A DNA stretch of 64,000 nt from the IMG/VR virus record IMGVR_UViG_3300012982_000018, positions 2,423-66,422 of that record; one strand, 5' to 3'. The position numbers and the translations under genes were made by a program. This DNA comes from a virus. Under the pieces are notes generated by a model. It saw only the letters and a program-made list of their open reading frames with translations, did not search any database and was not told the DNA's origin. Below are positions 9,744 to 18,892 of the stretch, one piece after another (within the stretch, counting starts at the first letter, position 1; every line of letters begins with the position of its first letter).

Positions 9744-12700
9744 CTACTTTGGGCCAGCCCCTTTTAGTACCTTCTCTACAGATTTTTTCGTTTCCCCAAT
9801 TGGTGTGCCCTTAGAGGCGGTCGGAATACCGGACACTCTCAGTGCCGCAATACCCTGGGCTATCTGAATTAAATAGCCCTCAGCGCTGTTGTGGTACCAA
9901 TCCGGCCGGTTGATGGCTTCCAGCTCAGCAACTAGTCGAGAATCGGAGGCGTCTACTCCTGGCGGAGGCTTGTACGGCTCAAGAGCAACCTCAGCCCGGG
10001 CTGATGCCTTTGCTTGACGAACAGTTTCGAGTTGAGCTTCAACCCCCTTAAGAGCGCTCAGGGCCTCACTGATTTCAGCCGCTATCGCGTTGAAAGTTAG
10101 TTCTGTTGCATCGAGTATGCTCAGGAAAGCGGTCTTTAGCTTCTCTGCGATCTGCTTGACCAGCGAGTCAAACTCTCCAAGTTCCTTAGGAACGAATACT
10201 TGATTTGTATATTTCCAGATCGAATCTAGAGCCGTAGTATATGTTTTTGGTAGAGTTTTTCCTATCGTTTCCAATACCTTAGGGCTTACATTGAAGTTCT
10301 GCTTGAGGTCGACAGCAGACGTCGCCGCCGTGTCGATATTTTTAGCGAGGTCTGTAAACGTTCCAGCAGTGTCTTTGCTTGTCTGTACTGTGGCATCTCC
10401 TGCCTTAGATAGGTTGTCCGCCATCTTTTGAGAAGCAGTAGAAAGGTCGTCCGTTGCTTGACCCATTGCTTCTGCGACATCTTTTTCGGTGACTTTCCAC
10501 GCGGCTCGCAAGTTGTTGAACTCATCTTTCGCTTCAACCGTCGCGCCTACCGCCAGCTTTTGCTCCTTTACAAGCTTTATGTAGTCTTCATGAGAAACGG
10601 CTCCGCCCTTGACACTGATCGACACATTTCCAGTGTTCTTGAACAGGTTCTCCAGCTTGCTGCCGAGCCAGCCGATCACCTCGCCTGCCTTCTTCTTCAA
10701 GTTGTTCCATAGATTAATCCAGAATTCGCCTGTGAACATGGACTTGAATCCGTTCCACGCGCTCTCTGCGAACTTCTTTATTTCTTCCCACGCATCAATC
10801 AGGTACTGTTTTATACCTGTCCATAGATCAACCCAGAATTGCTTTGTGAATATTTTAGCAACCTTTTCATTCCACCAAATCTTGAACGTATTAATCAGCT
10901 CCGGGAGGAAATTTTTGATCCAGCCCCAAAGTCCCTGCAGGACCGCTATGGGCGTATCCCAAAACAGGAACTTGAATCCTCTGTAGAACAGCTCCCCAGC
11001 GCCCATGAGTAGCCCGGGCAGCTCTAAAAGAGCATCGTAGAAGATGAACTTGATAACTTTGAAGCCAGCGCTGAAAAGAAAGCTGATAATGCTCGTAACG
11101 AGTCCGGGCAGTTTTTCCTTTATCTTGTCATAAGTTTTTGTGGCTAGGTCGACAAGTTGCCCCGGCAACCCCTTGACTACTTCTAGAATCTTAGCAGTAA
11201 CTATGTCGATATACCCTGGAAGCCTATCAACCAGTTTCGTTATCAACGGCACCACAGCATCTATGGCCGTATTGAATGCTGTTGACAGCAGACCCCCTAG
11301 ACTCCCAATAAGTCCAGAAATATCCGCATTACTAAGCCATTTAAAGGCCTTATCGATGATATCTAGTATACCCGCCCCTAGTTTGGATATATCCTCTCCT
11401 AACGAGGAAATGAGCTGCAACAGGAAAAGTCCCAGCGGATTGTCGCCTTGCTTGTTCGATATTCCATCGAAAATGACGGTTATGAGATCGAATAGACGGT
11501 CCACGAGCATAGGAGCGAACTTGGCAGCAAAGTCGACTGCGCCCCCTAGGACGCTAAGCAACACTTTTCCGATGAAGGCTACCAACATCGGCACATTGTC
11601 GATAAACACGGCCAGTATACCTGTCGGCCCCATCAGAAGGTCTCCTAGACCAGAGATAACCTTCTGAAGCCCTCCCCATACCGCACCAAGTAGAGCACCG
11701 AAGTTAAATTGCCGGGCCTCGGCGACCAGAGCCCTTACTGCGAAGCGTAGAAGCAGTCCCACATCCCGCGCGAGCTTGCCGACAAACGTCTGCGCATGAG
11801 GGTCTTTCCCGCTAATGATCGCGAAGATAACTTTAGGAACCTCGAAGAGGTTCTCTTTGATTGCGTTTATAGCGCTGCGGATCCTCTCACGCGAGAAGAA
11901 CTTACCCAAGAATCCGCCAATGCCGCCCTTTCCGCCCTTGCCTGGGTTGACAATGGAATCCGTAAAGTTGTCGAAGACGTCCGTAATCCGCTTCAACGCT
12001 TCAGTCGTCGACTTCCCTTCCGATCGCAATTTAATGAACCAACCCACGATCGCGCCAATGCCGATCACGAGCAAACCCACAGGCGACGTCAACATACGGA
12101 ACCGGAAACCCAAGGCGCCCAGCTGCGCTGCCATCGGCAGAAGCTGATCGGCAATCGTTCCAAACAGTGCTGCCATCGGCCGCAACGTCTTCGGAATGAG
12201 AGCCGTAACACCAAGCTGGTGCATTTCGGAGAGCTTCGTCACAACGGCTGCTAGCGGTCCACCCTTCTTGACAATGTCATGGAGCTGGCCGTTGAACTTG
12301 TTGAACTCTTTACCCGTATCGCGAACGAAGTCCACGGCCTCTTTACGCGCAATTTGACGGAAGTTCGAAATAAAGGAGTTCTTCGTGTCTTCCCAGGCCT
12401 CTTGCAAGGTCTTCGTAGACCTCCAGCCTTCTTTCGCGAACTTACCTAGACTTTCAGAAGTAGTCTTCGTCGCTGTCATCATGGACAGCGTTTCTTCAGT
12501 TGCACTCTGCAGGAAGGTCGTCATCTGGGCGGAGGCTTCCGGACCAATTGCCTGCTCCAACCGGGCATGCAAGAAGGTTAGAGGGCCTGAAACATCCTTG
12601 CCCTGCTTCTTCAGCTGCAAGACCATCTTCGCCAAGCCCTGCATCATTCCTTCAGGGCCTTTCTTCATCAAATCGAAAGCTTCGCTGATATCACCAACAG

Positions 12701-13952
12701 AGATGCCTAGATTCTGCGTGAACTCGCTTAGGTCGTCCGCAGTGCCGGCGAACATGCGCGAAATGTTAGCCTTCGAATCGATAATAGCTTTAGTCAGTGT
12801 AAGAGAGAGCTGGCGCGCCTCATCGGCCCCTTTACCTGTCTCCTTGAAGCCCCTTGCAAGAGCGGCCGTTTGCGCGGCGAACGCTGAAAGCACTTTCGTG
12901 TCCGTCACGCCCCAAGACTTTAGCTCGCCCATCATCTTGAGGACTTCAGGCATGTCCGCAAGAGCGCCAGGAACGTTTCCAATTGCCTTTCCCATAGAAA
13001 GGAAGGATCCGGTAACGAGTTGGATTTCCTTATCGGAAAAGCCTAGTTCCTTACGCGCCTTTAGCAACGACTCTCGCATTGTCGTAGCGCTAATTCCCGT
13101 AAGATCTGAGAACTTCGCAAGGGTTAGAGCGCTATCGATACCGACAGCTGTGAACTCTTTTTGCGCCTTCGAGAACGAGTACAAAGCGTCCGTCGTCGTC
13201 TCTGTGGAGATGTTCATGCCCTTGGCCATCCCGGCCGCCGCGCCGGTCATCTGGTCAAGAGCCTTTCCCGTCACACCGAAGTTTGCGGCACTCTTTCTCG
13301 CTGCAACAGACATCTGCTGCATTTGCGCTTCAAAGCCTGTGGTCAGGTTCATACCGAGGTTACCTATATGAGCAACCTTTTCGGCAATACCGCCTAGCTT
13401 TTCGAAAATAGCGCCTTGAACGAAGGTCTGAATACGTGATAGACCTATGAGCTTATCAAGTCTTTCGACAATAGAGGTTACGTTAGAAAAGCCCTCCGCA
13501 AGCCCCTTAGTGCCTTCCTTTCCGTTCTTAAAGAACTTCAGGAATCCTCCTGCCGCCTTGGTAATGATCGACCCGACCATGCCCGCGCCGGCTCTCGCAA
13601 TGCGCGAAAATCCATCACTGATGTGGTCTAGTTGGGACCGGGCAATGGTTTTGAACTTAGCGAGGCGGACTTCGGCCTTAGAAAATCCCTTAGTAAACGC
13701 TGTCATATCGACAGGCTTGAAAGCGTCCTTAAGCCTGTCCCTATCCTCGTCCATCGACTCCAGGAACTGCTGGAGGGGGTGCTCGTCAAATAGCTCCTTA
13801 ATCCCGGCTACGGCAGGCTTAAGGTCAGACTGCAGCTTAAGGCCACGTTCTGACATGGTCAGAAAGCCATCGTTGATCTTCTCGATGCTGTCTTCTAGGC
13901 CGTCGTCCTTAGCGCTGAGTAAGAACCCCAACCCGAGAAAGTTGCTACTCAT
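9744..13952 (-). CDS. Tape measure protein
   Basis: 1402 aa, helical Ala/Gly/Leu-rich, hydrophobic middle segment and Trp-spaced repeats; between chaperone and baseplate genes. Confidence 0.85.
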   Translation of the reverse strand: MSSNFLGLGFLLSAKDDGLEDSIEKINDGFLTMSERGLKLQSDLKPAVAGIKELFDEHPLQQFLESMDEDRDRLKDAFKPVDMTAFTKGFSKAEVRLAKFKTIARSQLDHISDGFSRIARAGAGMVGSIITKAAGGFLKFFKNGKEGTKGLAEGFSNVTSIVERLDKLIGLSRIQTFVQGAIFEKLGGIAEKVAHIGNLGMNLTTGFEAQMQQMSVAARKSAANFGVTGKALDQMTGAAAGMAKGMNISTETTTDALYSFSKAQKEFTAVGIDSALTLAKFSDLTGISATTMRESLLKARKELGFSDKEIQLVTGSFLSMGKAIGNVPGALADMPEVLKMMGELKSWGVTDTKVLSAFAAQTAALARGFKETGKGADEARQLSLTLTKAIIDSKANISRMFAGTADDLSEFTQNLGISVGDISEAFDLMKKGPEGMMQGLAKMVLQLKKQGKDVSGPLTFLHARLEQAIGPEASAQMTTFLQSATEETLSMMTATKTTSESLGKFAKEGWRSTKTLQEAWEDTKNSFISNFRQIARKEAVDFVRDTGKEFNKFNGQLHDIVKKGGPLAAVVTKLSEMHQLGVTALIPKTLRPMAALFGTIADQLLPMAAQLGALGFRFRMLTSPVGLLVIGIGAIVGWFIKLRSEGKSTTEALKRITDVFDNFTDSIVNPGKGGKGGIGGFLGKFFSRERIRSAINAIKENLFEVPKVIFAIISGKDPHAQTFVGKLARDVGLLLRFAVRALVAEARQFNFGALLGAVWGGLQKVISGLGDLLMGPTGILAVFIDNVPMLVAFIGKVLLSVLGGAVDFAAKFAPMLVDRLFDLITVIFDGISNKQGDNPLGLFLLQLISSLGEDISKLGAGILDIIDKAFKWLSNADISGLIGSLGGLLSTAFNTAIDAVVPLITKLVDRLPGYIDIVTAKILEVVKGLPGQLVDLATKTYDKIKEKLPGLVTSIISFLFSAGFKVIKFIFYDALLELPGLLMGAGELFYRGFKFLFWDTPIAVLQGLWGWIKNFLPELINTFKIWWNEKVAKIFTKQFWVDLWTGIKQYLIDAWEEIKKFAESAWNGFKSMFTGEFWINLWNNLKKKAGEVIGWLGSKLENLFKNTGNVSISVKGGAVSHEDYIKLVKEQKLAVGATVEAKDEFNNLRAAWKVTEKDVAEAMGQATDDLSTASQKMADNLSKAGDATVQTSKDTAGTFTDLAKNIDTAATSAVDLKQNFNVSPKVLETIGKTLPKTYTTALDSIWKYTNQVFVPKELGEFDSLVKQIAEKLKTAFLSILDATELTFNAIAAEISEALSALKGVEAQLETVRQAKASARAEVALEPYKPPPGVDASDSRLVAELEAINRPDWYHNSAEGYLIQIAQGIAALRVSGIPTASKGTPIGETKKSVEKVLKGAGPK

Positions 13953-14358
13953 TTAGACGCCTATGACGACGACGGGTTTCAAGCCTGCTTTCTTCAGAAA
14001 GCAAGAATAGGGCTTGCTTATACTTTCTAGAACACCTAGTTCGATCCGTAGAGTTTTCATAAATTCGTCTAGCTAAAGCTACCGATTCGTCTACGTTCAG
14101 TCCAATAATACTAAGCTGTGATTGCTCTCCTGATTTTTTTACATATCTAACTTCTCGTTCTGAATACGTGCCACCAACAACATTCTGTAATTGCTTGATG
14201 AGTTTAGAGCTGGCTAGGCCAATGCTTGCCTTGCGCTGTTTAGTAGCTGACGTACTTATCCCTATCTTTCCGGCAATACACCGCCCAGAGAGACCTTGTA
14301 GGTGCAAGCTCTCTATGCTTTCTAGTTGACTAGTACTGAGTTTAGTTCCAGTGGCTAT
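13945..14358 (-). pseudogene. Homing endonuclease remnant: HTH joined to a LAGLIDADG-type C-terminal tail, catalytic core absent
   Basis: Frame open from 14367 without ATG (ATA at 14358 after TAAGG); HTH-like KLSTSQLESIESLHLQGLSGRCIAGKIGIS; tail RIYENSTDRTRCSRKYKQA resembles KMYKDSTAEIRLDRKYWRA of the 35280..36356 endonuclease. Confidence 0.6.
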
Positions 14359-14381
14359 AGCAATGCCTTATGATAAGAGGG

Positions 14382-14576
14382 TTACCGTTTCCTCATGCTG
14401 TTTTCTAAGTCTTGTTTTCTCTTTCTTTCTAGTTCTTGTTTCTTATTTATAATTCTCCATCTTCTGCTGGAGGGTATGGACATTATATCAGCATATGCTG
14501 AATTTTCGAAACATTCCATCAGGAAGAAGAGATGGGCTTCGAGTGTTTGCGTAAGGCCGAAGGGGTAAAAAAACCC
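14382..14576 (-). CDS. -1 frame extension of the tail chaperone (G-T-like product)
   Basis: No good start or RBS; entered through G GGT TTT TTT at 14576-14567; adds 61 aa (YPFGLTQTLEAHLFFLME...RKR). Confidence 0.65.
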   Translation of the reverse strand, partial: GFFYPFGLTQTLEAHLFFLMECFENSAYADIMSIPSSRRWRIINKKQELERKRKQDLENSMRKR

Positions 14577-15337
14577 TTGTCTATTGACAACTCCCTCTGG
14601 AATTCGTGCCCGCATGCCGGACACGATACATCTACAGTCGTCTCCATGCCGCCCTCGACCTCATCAAATTGGTCTCGGAGATAGTTTCGATCGCGCATCG
14701 ACAGTTTTTTTACATCCTCCAGCTTTGGCGACTTACCCTCAATGAGGTCTAGACGCGCAAGCAATGCGAGTGAAACAGTATCCATGCTCTTCCTAGGGAC
14801 ATTAGAGAGCTTCTCTTCCTCTCTTCCTGTCATTACATGGAACCGAGCGGCCTTGCCTGAAGGCAGCTTTACATCAAATACCCTCTTTGTGGGGTCAGGC
14901 ATCCCTTTCTTTTCGAGGGTATTTAGATCGATAGTGAACACATTGATTGCTTCGCAATCGGGGCACTTCTGTTCAAATGGATATACGTCCCCGAGCGTTA
15001 CCCTACGAATTGCAAAGAGAAGATAGAGGCGGTCGCCGACCGGAAGGTCCTTGATCATCTCTTCAATGGCGGCTCGATTTGTTTCAGGACCTAGCCGAGT
15101 AGTACAGCGCGCCAGAAGCAAACTAAGCTTGCGAACCGCAGGAATCGTTTGTGATGCGAGAATATCTTCCTCTTCACCGCAGATTTCGCGTACTTCGGCC
15201 TCTTTGTAGACCTCACCCACTTGCGAAAGCCACCCGCATGGCAACTCTATGACCATTAGAGGGCTCTTTTCGTCTTCAATCTGATTAGTAATTATGTTCT
15301 CGATCAGACCTGCTCTTTTCTCAAGATCGTGTTCCAT
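14519..15337 (-). CDS. Tail assembly chaperone / baseplate hub assembly protein (T4 gp26-like)
   Basis: DRLYLLFAIRRVTLGD.Y, two CxxC pairs (CPDC, CPAC), KLSMRDRNYL; upstream of tape measure. Confidence 0.75.
   Translation of the reverse strand: MEHDLEKRAGLIENIITNQIEDEKSPLMVIELPCGWLSQVGEVYKEAEVREICGEEEDILASQTIPAVRKLSLLLARCTTRLGPETNRAAIEEMIKDLPVGDRLYLLFAIRRVTLGDVYPFEQKCPDCEAINVFTIDLNTLEKKGMPDPTKRVFDVKLPSGKAARFHVMTGREEEKLSNVPRKSMDTVSLALLARLDLIEGKSPKLEDVKKLSMRDRNYLRDQFDEVEGGMETTVDVSCPACGHEFQRELSIDKGFFTPSALRKHSKPISSS
14567..14596 (-). promoter_or_regulatory. Putative programmed -1 frameshift signal
   Basis: Slippery G GGT TTT (7 consecutive T) at 14576-14567; internal SD-like AGGGAG at 14596-14591, 14 nt upstream. 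Confidence 0.65.
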
Positions 15338-15339
15338 TA

Positions 15340-15921
15340 TCAGTTGTTCCTTTTCGTATAGTTAGTCTCGGATGCGTACATCATCACTAACGCCTTTATC
15401 GCATTAGTAATCGTCACTCCGCGAGTTCCTAGCAGCTTTTTGAATTGCGCGTAGTCCTTTTCGTCTATCCAAACATTTATCTTTACGTCAGACCCATCAT
15501 CCTGATACTGCTCAAGATCATCAAACCTACTCGTATTGTCTATGTACATACTGATAAGGTAGCGGATCAATGCGCCCATGCTCTTCGGACCCGTCTCATT
15601 GTTAACAAGATTGGTCATAAGATCGTAGAGATAGCGGCTCACTAGAAAGTTAACGGGACGTCGGAATTCACCACCAGAGGCCTGTGAAGCGGCTTCAGAA
15701 ATCATCTCGCAGCGCCGACAGATCACGATTCCATTTGTCGGAACCAATTGCCCTCCAGCAGTCAACGGCACTACCGGCTTCACCGCCAGATTTTTATCAC
15801 TTTCGCAGTTGAAACACTTATTACCATATCTGGCAAAAATGCTTCTCTCCCATAGCTCTAAAGCATCCAAAGAAGGAGCTTGCGGCTGATCATTTTCACT
15901 CATATTTGATACCCCAATCAT
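15340..15921 (-). CDS. Putative regulator: degenerate HNH zinc finger plus two ribbon-helix-helix-like units
   Basis: CFNC...VKPVVPLTAGG...NGIVICRRC (DH motif absent); RRPVNFLVSRYLY..SMGALIR and VKINVWIDEKDY..TITNAIK; likely start MSEND at 15903. Confidence 0.6.
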   Translation of the reverse strand: MIGVSNMSENDQPQAPSLDALELWERSIFARYGNKCFNCESDKNLAVKPVVPLTAGGQLVPTNGIVICRRCEMISEAASQASGGEFRRPVNFLVSRYLYDLMTNLVNNETGPKSMGALIRYLISMYIDNTSRFDDLEQYQDDGSDVKINVWIDEKDYAQFKKLLGTRGVTITNAIKALVMMYASETNYTKRNN

Positions 15922-15937
15922 GATATATCATATTCTC

Positions 15938-15969
15938 AAAAAAAGGGCGTAAGACCTGTACCTTACGCC
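15938..15969 (-). terminator. Rho-independent terminator
   Basis: GGCGTAAG-GTACAGGT-CTTACGCC stem followed by a T7 tract, just after the 15982 stop. Confidence 0.85.
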
Positions 15970-15981
15970 TATATTTTACTA

Positions 15982-16239
15982 TTATTTTTTAGTCCAATCC
16001 CCTTTCAGGTATTTCAGTATTCCAGGATGTACCTTGCCTTCATCTCCAGGAGTCGAAGGTATCTTTTCCGGAGGAGGCTGACGTGTAATAGGCTTTCCTA
16101 GGGGAATTTCGTAGGCCCCCGTATTACCAGTACCAGTAACTCCGCTGGTCTCTTCGTAATGTTTCTCTCTGCGCTTAATAATGCTTTCAATATCAGGCAG
16201 GTCTTCCCAGCTGCTGTCATCCCAGTTCCAGTCACTCAT
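15982..16239 (-). CDS. Small hypothetical protein
   Basis: 85 aa with an upstream TATAAT and a downstream terminator. Confidence 0.65.
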   Translation of the reverse strand: MSDWNWDDSSWEDLPDIESIIKRREKHYEETSGVTGTGNTGAYEIPLGKPITRQPPPEKIPSTPGDEGKVHPGILKYLKGDWTKK

Positions 16240-16264
16240 GTAGCCTATTATACCTCAATAAGTA

Positions 16265-16292
16265 AGTGCTCCTAATTTTAGGGACCAGCACT
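16265..16292 (-). terminator. Possible terminator hairpin after the tailspike-like gene
   Basis: AGTGCT/AGCACT outer stem, CCTA/TAGG inner stem, weak TACTTATT tail. Confidence 0.35.
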
Positions 16293-16300
16293 GCTAAACA

Positions 16301-18862
16301 TTAGGTATCGGCTGTAACGCGCTCTCCCACACCAACCGAATTTATGCGGATAATTGCTGTCTTCCCCGCCGCTACAGTAATCCCCATGAATGTGGTAGTA
16401 GAAGTACCTGTATTATTGTTTCTAAAAGTCCACTGCAGGCCTGGAATCGCATTGGACGCGGTGATCGTCACCGTGCCGGATGCGTTGCCGGACGACTCGA
16501 CCTCGGTCATCTGCATCTGCGTCTGCGTCAGCGCGCCCGTCGCGTTCTGCGTCGCGACACCGGGCAACTGTTGCAGATAGATCGTTGACCCGGCGACAGC
16601 CGTTATCGTACCGATCAAGTCCGCCGTTGTGACAATGAGAATTCCGCCACTCTCGACATAGATGGGGGTGCCGCATCCAGAGAAATCACACCCCGGGCCG
16701 AGGTAGACGGTTACACCAGATCGGACGTAGACGCCAAAAGCACTCGCCGGACCAGTAGCCTTGCAATAGGAGAGATATGTGGTCTCCGTAGTGCAATAAA
16801 ACCCGGTCTGATTGACCCCCGTGGTCATCGTGACGACGGCGTTGGTTACGCGGTTGATTCCGCCGCCTGCACCGCTGAATTGGAAGACGACCGCGCCTGC
16901 TGCTTCGCTAGTGACACGCGCTCCGGTGACAGTGACGATCTTGCCGCTGCCAGCGTTCTTCAGCAGTCCGGCGGCGCCGTCGCTTGCTCCGATGTCCCCG
17001 AGGTAATTCTGAAGATCCAGATCGCACTGGACCACGATGTGTTGACCCGTGCACCCGCTGATCGTGACGTCCTTCAGCCTCGTCCCGGTCGCGCTCTCAT
17101 CGACAAGAAAGGCCGCCGCGCATGCAGAGAACGTTACGCTAGAAACGCGCGTATCCGACGCGTTCCCATGGATATGAACCGCCGTTCCGCCAACGTTTGT
17201 TACTCTCGGAAGATCGCGAATGCGAGTACCAACCGCGCCGTTTCCGACGTCAATCGCGTTGTCGCATCCGTTGATCGAGTGGGAGTCGATATCGGCGCTG
17301 AGGGCGTCGGTGATCAGGATCGCCGTGCCCACCGTGTTGAGCGTGCCGCCTCGGCGAACGAATGGCTCGATGCTACCGAGCGTCGTGCCGTTGTTCTTGG
17401 TGATGCGGATGCCTCCGCGCGTTGTCCCGTAGCTCCAGCAGTCCTCGATCCCGCTCTGATAGCTGTCGTAAATCGCATACGAGTGCGCAACGTTCTTGAC
17501 GAGCCCGGAACGAACGACGGTGCGCTCCGTAGATTGGAAATAGACACCATCACCATCGGCATTGCCGCCTGGCATGTCGATCGTGAATCGATTCAGTTCT
17601 GCATTCCGCGTCGAAACGTCAAACCCGATCGGACTCTCAGTAATGACCCCGTCATCCGGAATGATGTTGACGTCTTCGATGGTGACCCGGTTGCCGCCGG
17701 CGATCTCGATGTACTGCCCGCCCGTGCCGGAGAACTTCATCCCCCGCCCGCGGATCGTGATGTCGTGCGGATAGGTTGCGAGTTCGCGAACGGTATTCGT
17801 CGCAACGAAGGCCCAGACGATCCTGCGGTCGACGACCACCGTGTTCGCGAACGTCGCCACGATGTCGTAGACCGCCTGGCTAGTCCCGTGCTCGACAGAG
17901 ATCGCGTTTCCCACCGTCGGCGGCAGGCTGTCGCCGAACGTGATCGAGAACGAGCGCGGCCCCTGCGCCGCCCACTTATTGTTTGTGCTCGCAGAGCCGG
18001 CCGCGATGTTGAGCGTGAGTCCGGTGCCACCAACGGCGACGGTTGCGGCCGACGTGAAATTCGTCCACGTGACGCCGTCGATGCTGTATTGGCCGGTCCA
18101 CGCCGTGAGCGCGCCGGACGTCAATGCCTGCACCAGCACGCATGCGACAGTCTGATCGGGCTTACCGGTGATAGTGATCGTCGGAGGGGCAGTACCGTAG
18201 GCCTGCACCGAACCGATGCCGGTCGTTACCGCATTGACATCGAGCGTTCCGTGATGTTGCGGGCTAACCTCCGTAACCCCCGTAGTCGCAACAAACGGAC
18301 TATTTGCGGGAGCAACGTTGAGGTCAGTGCTCCTAATCTTGGTACTCGGCGTCCCTTCATAGACAGAGTTCGACGGAATATAGAAACCACTCTCGGCTGC
18401 GAGGAACGTACCAGCAGCAAAGAACAGCGCTACACCAATCGCCGCGCAGTGTGCAGATACGCTTCCGTAGTTAGGCCAATCATCTTGACCGCTCCCAAGA
18501 GGATTAAGCACTACAACAGGAACTTGACCTACAAGGGCTACATCCGTATCCGAAACACCACTTGCTAGATTTATCAGACGTTGAGCATTGAAATCTATCG
18601 ATTGCGTGTTCGCCGCTAACGCTTCCCGAATCAAAAGAGCTTCATCCGCCAGCGCTACCGCCGCCGGATTCGGCACTATCGTCGCCGGAACGGCTGCGTC
18701 TGCAACAGATAAAATTCCAGCATTAATATAGGCTTTTACACTAACTATAGTTGTAATTTCAGCAGCCGAAGGTACAACCGTGATCGAGGATTGCGCATTA
18801 ACAGTCAGATCCAATTCAGTCAGGAATATGGGATTAACTGTTAGATTAGTAATTACAGCCAT
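16301..18862 (-). CDS. Tailspike/depolymerase-like beta-helix protein with the shared N-terminal module
   Basis: GSGQDDW...ALFFAAGTF pectin-lyase-like entry motif, right-handed beta-helix repeats; N-terminus MAVITNLT... Confidence 0.75.
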   Translation of the reverse strand: MAVITNLTVNPIFLTELDLTVNAQSSITVVPSAAEITTIVSVKAYINAGILSVADAAVPATIVPNPAAVALADEALLIREALAANTQSIDFNAQRLINLASGVSDTDVALVGQVPVVVLNPLGSGQDDWPNYGSVSAHCAAIGVALFFAAGTFLAAESGFYIPSNSVYEGTPSTKIRSTDLNVAPANSPFVATTGVTEVSPQHHGTLDVNAVTTGIGSVQAYGTAPPTITITGKPDQTVACVLVQALTSGALTAWTGQYSIDGVTWTNFTSAATVAVGGTGLTLNIAAGSASTNNKWAAQGPRSFSITFGDSLPPTVGNAISVEHGTSQAVYDIVATFANTVVVDRRIVWAFVATNTVRELATYPHDITIRGRGMKFSGTGGQYIEIAGGNRVTIEDVNIIPDDGVITESPIGFDVSTRNAELNRFTIDMPGGNADGDGVYFQSTERTVVRSGLVKNVAHSYAIYDSYQSGIEDCWSYGTTRGGIRITKNNGTTLGSIEPFVRRGGTLNTVGTAILITDALSADIDSHSINGCDNAIDVGNGAVGTRIRDLPRVTNVGGTAVHIHGNASDTRVSSVTFSACAAAFLVDESATGTRLKDVTISGCTGQHIVVQCDLDLQNYLGDIGASDGAAGLLKNAGSGKIVTVTGARVTSEAAGAVVFQFSGAGGGINRVTNAVVTMTTGVNQTGFYCTTETTYLSYCKATGPASAFGVYVRSGVTVYLGPGCDFSGCGTPIYVESGGILIVTTADLIGTITAVAGSTIYLQQLPGVATQNATGALTQTQMQMTEVESSGNASGTVTITASNAIPGLQWTFRNNNTGTSTTTFMGITVAAGKTAIIRINSVGVGERVTADT

Positions 18863-18892
18863 TTAATATGTATACTAGCTCATCCTCCTAAT

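Noticed and set aside
12385-13371. 328-aa plus-strand ORF
   Set aside because: Antisense shadow of the tape measure gene
16880-18568. 562-aa plus-strand ORF
   Set aside because: Antisense to the GC-rich beta-helix gene; Arg/Asp-rich shadow composition
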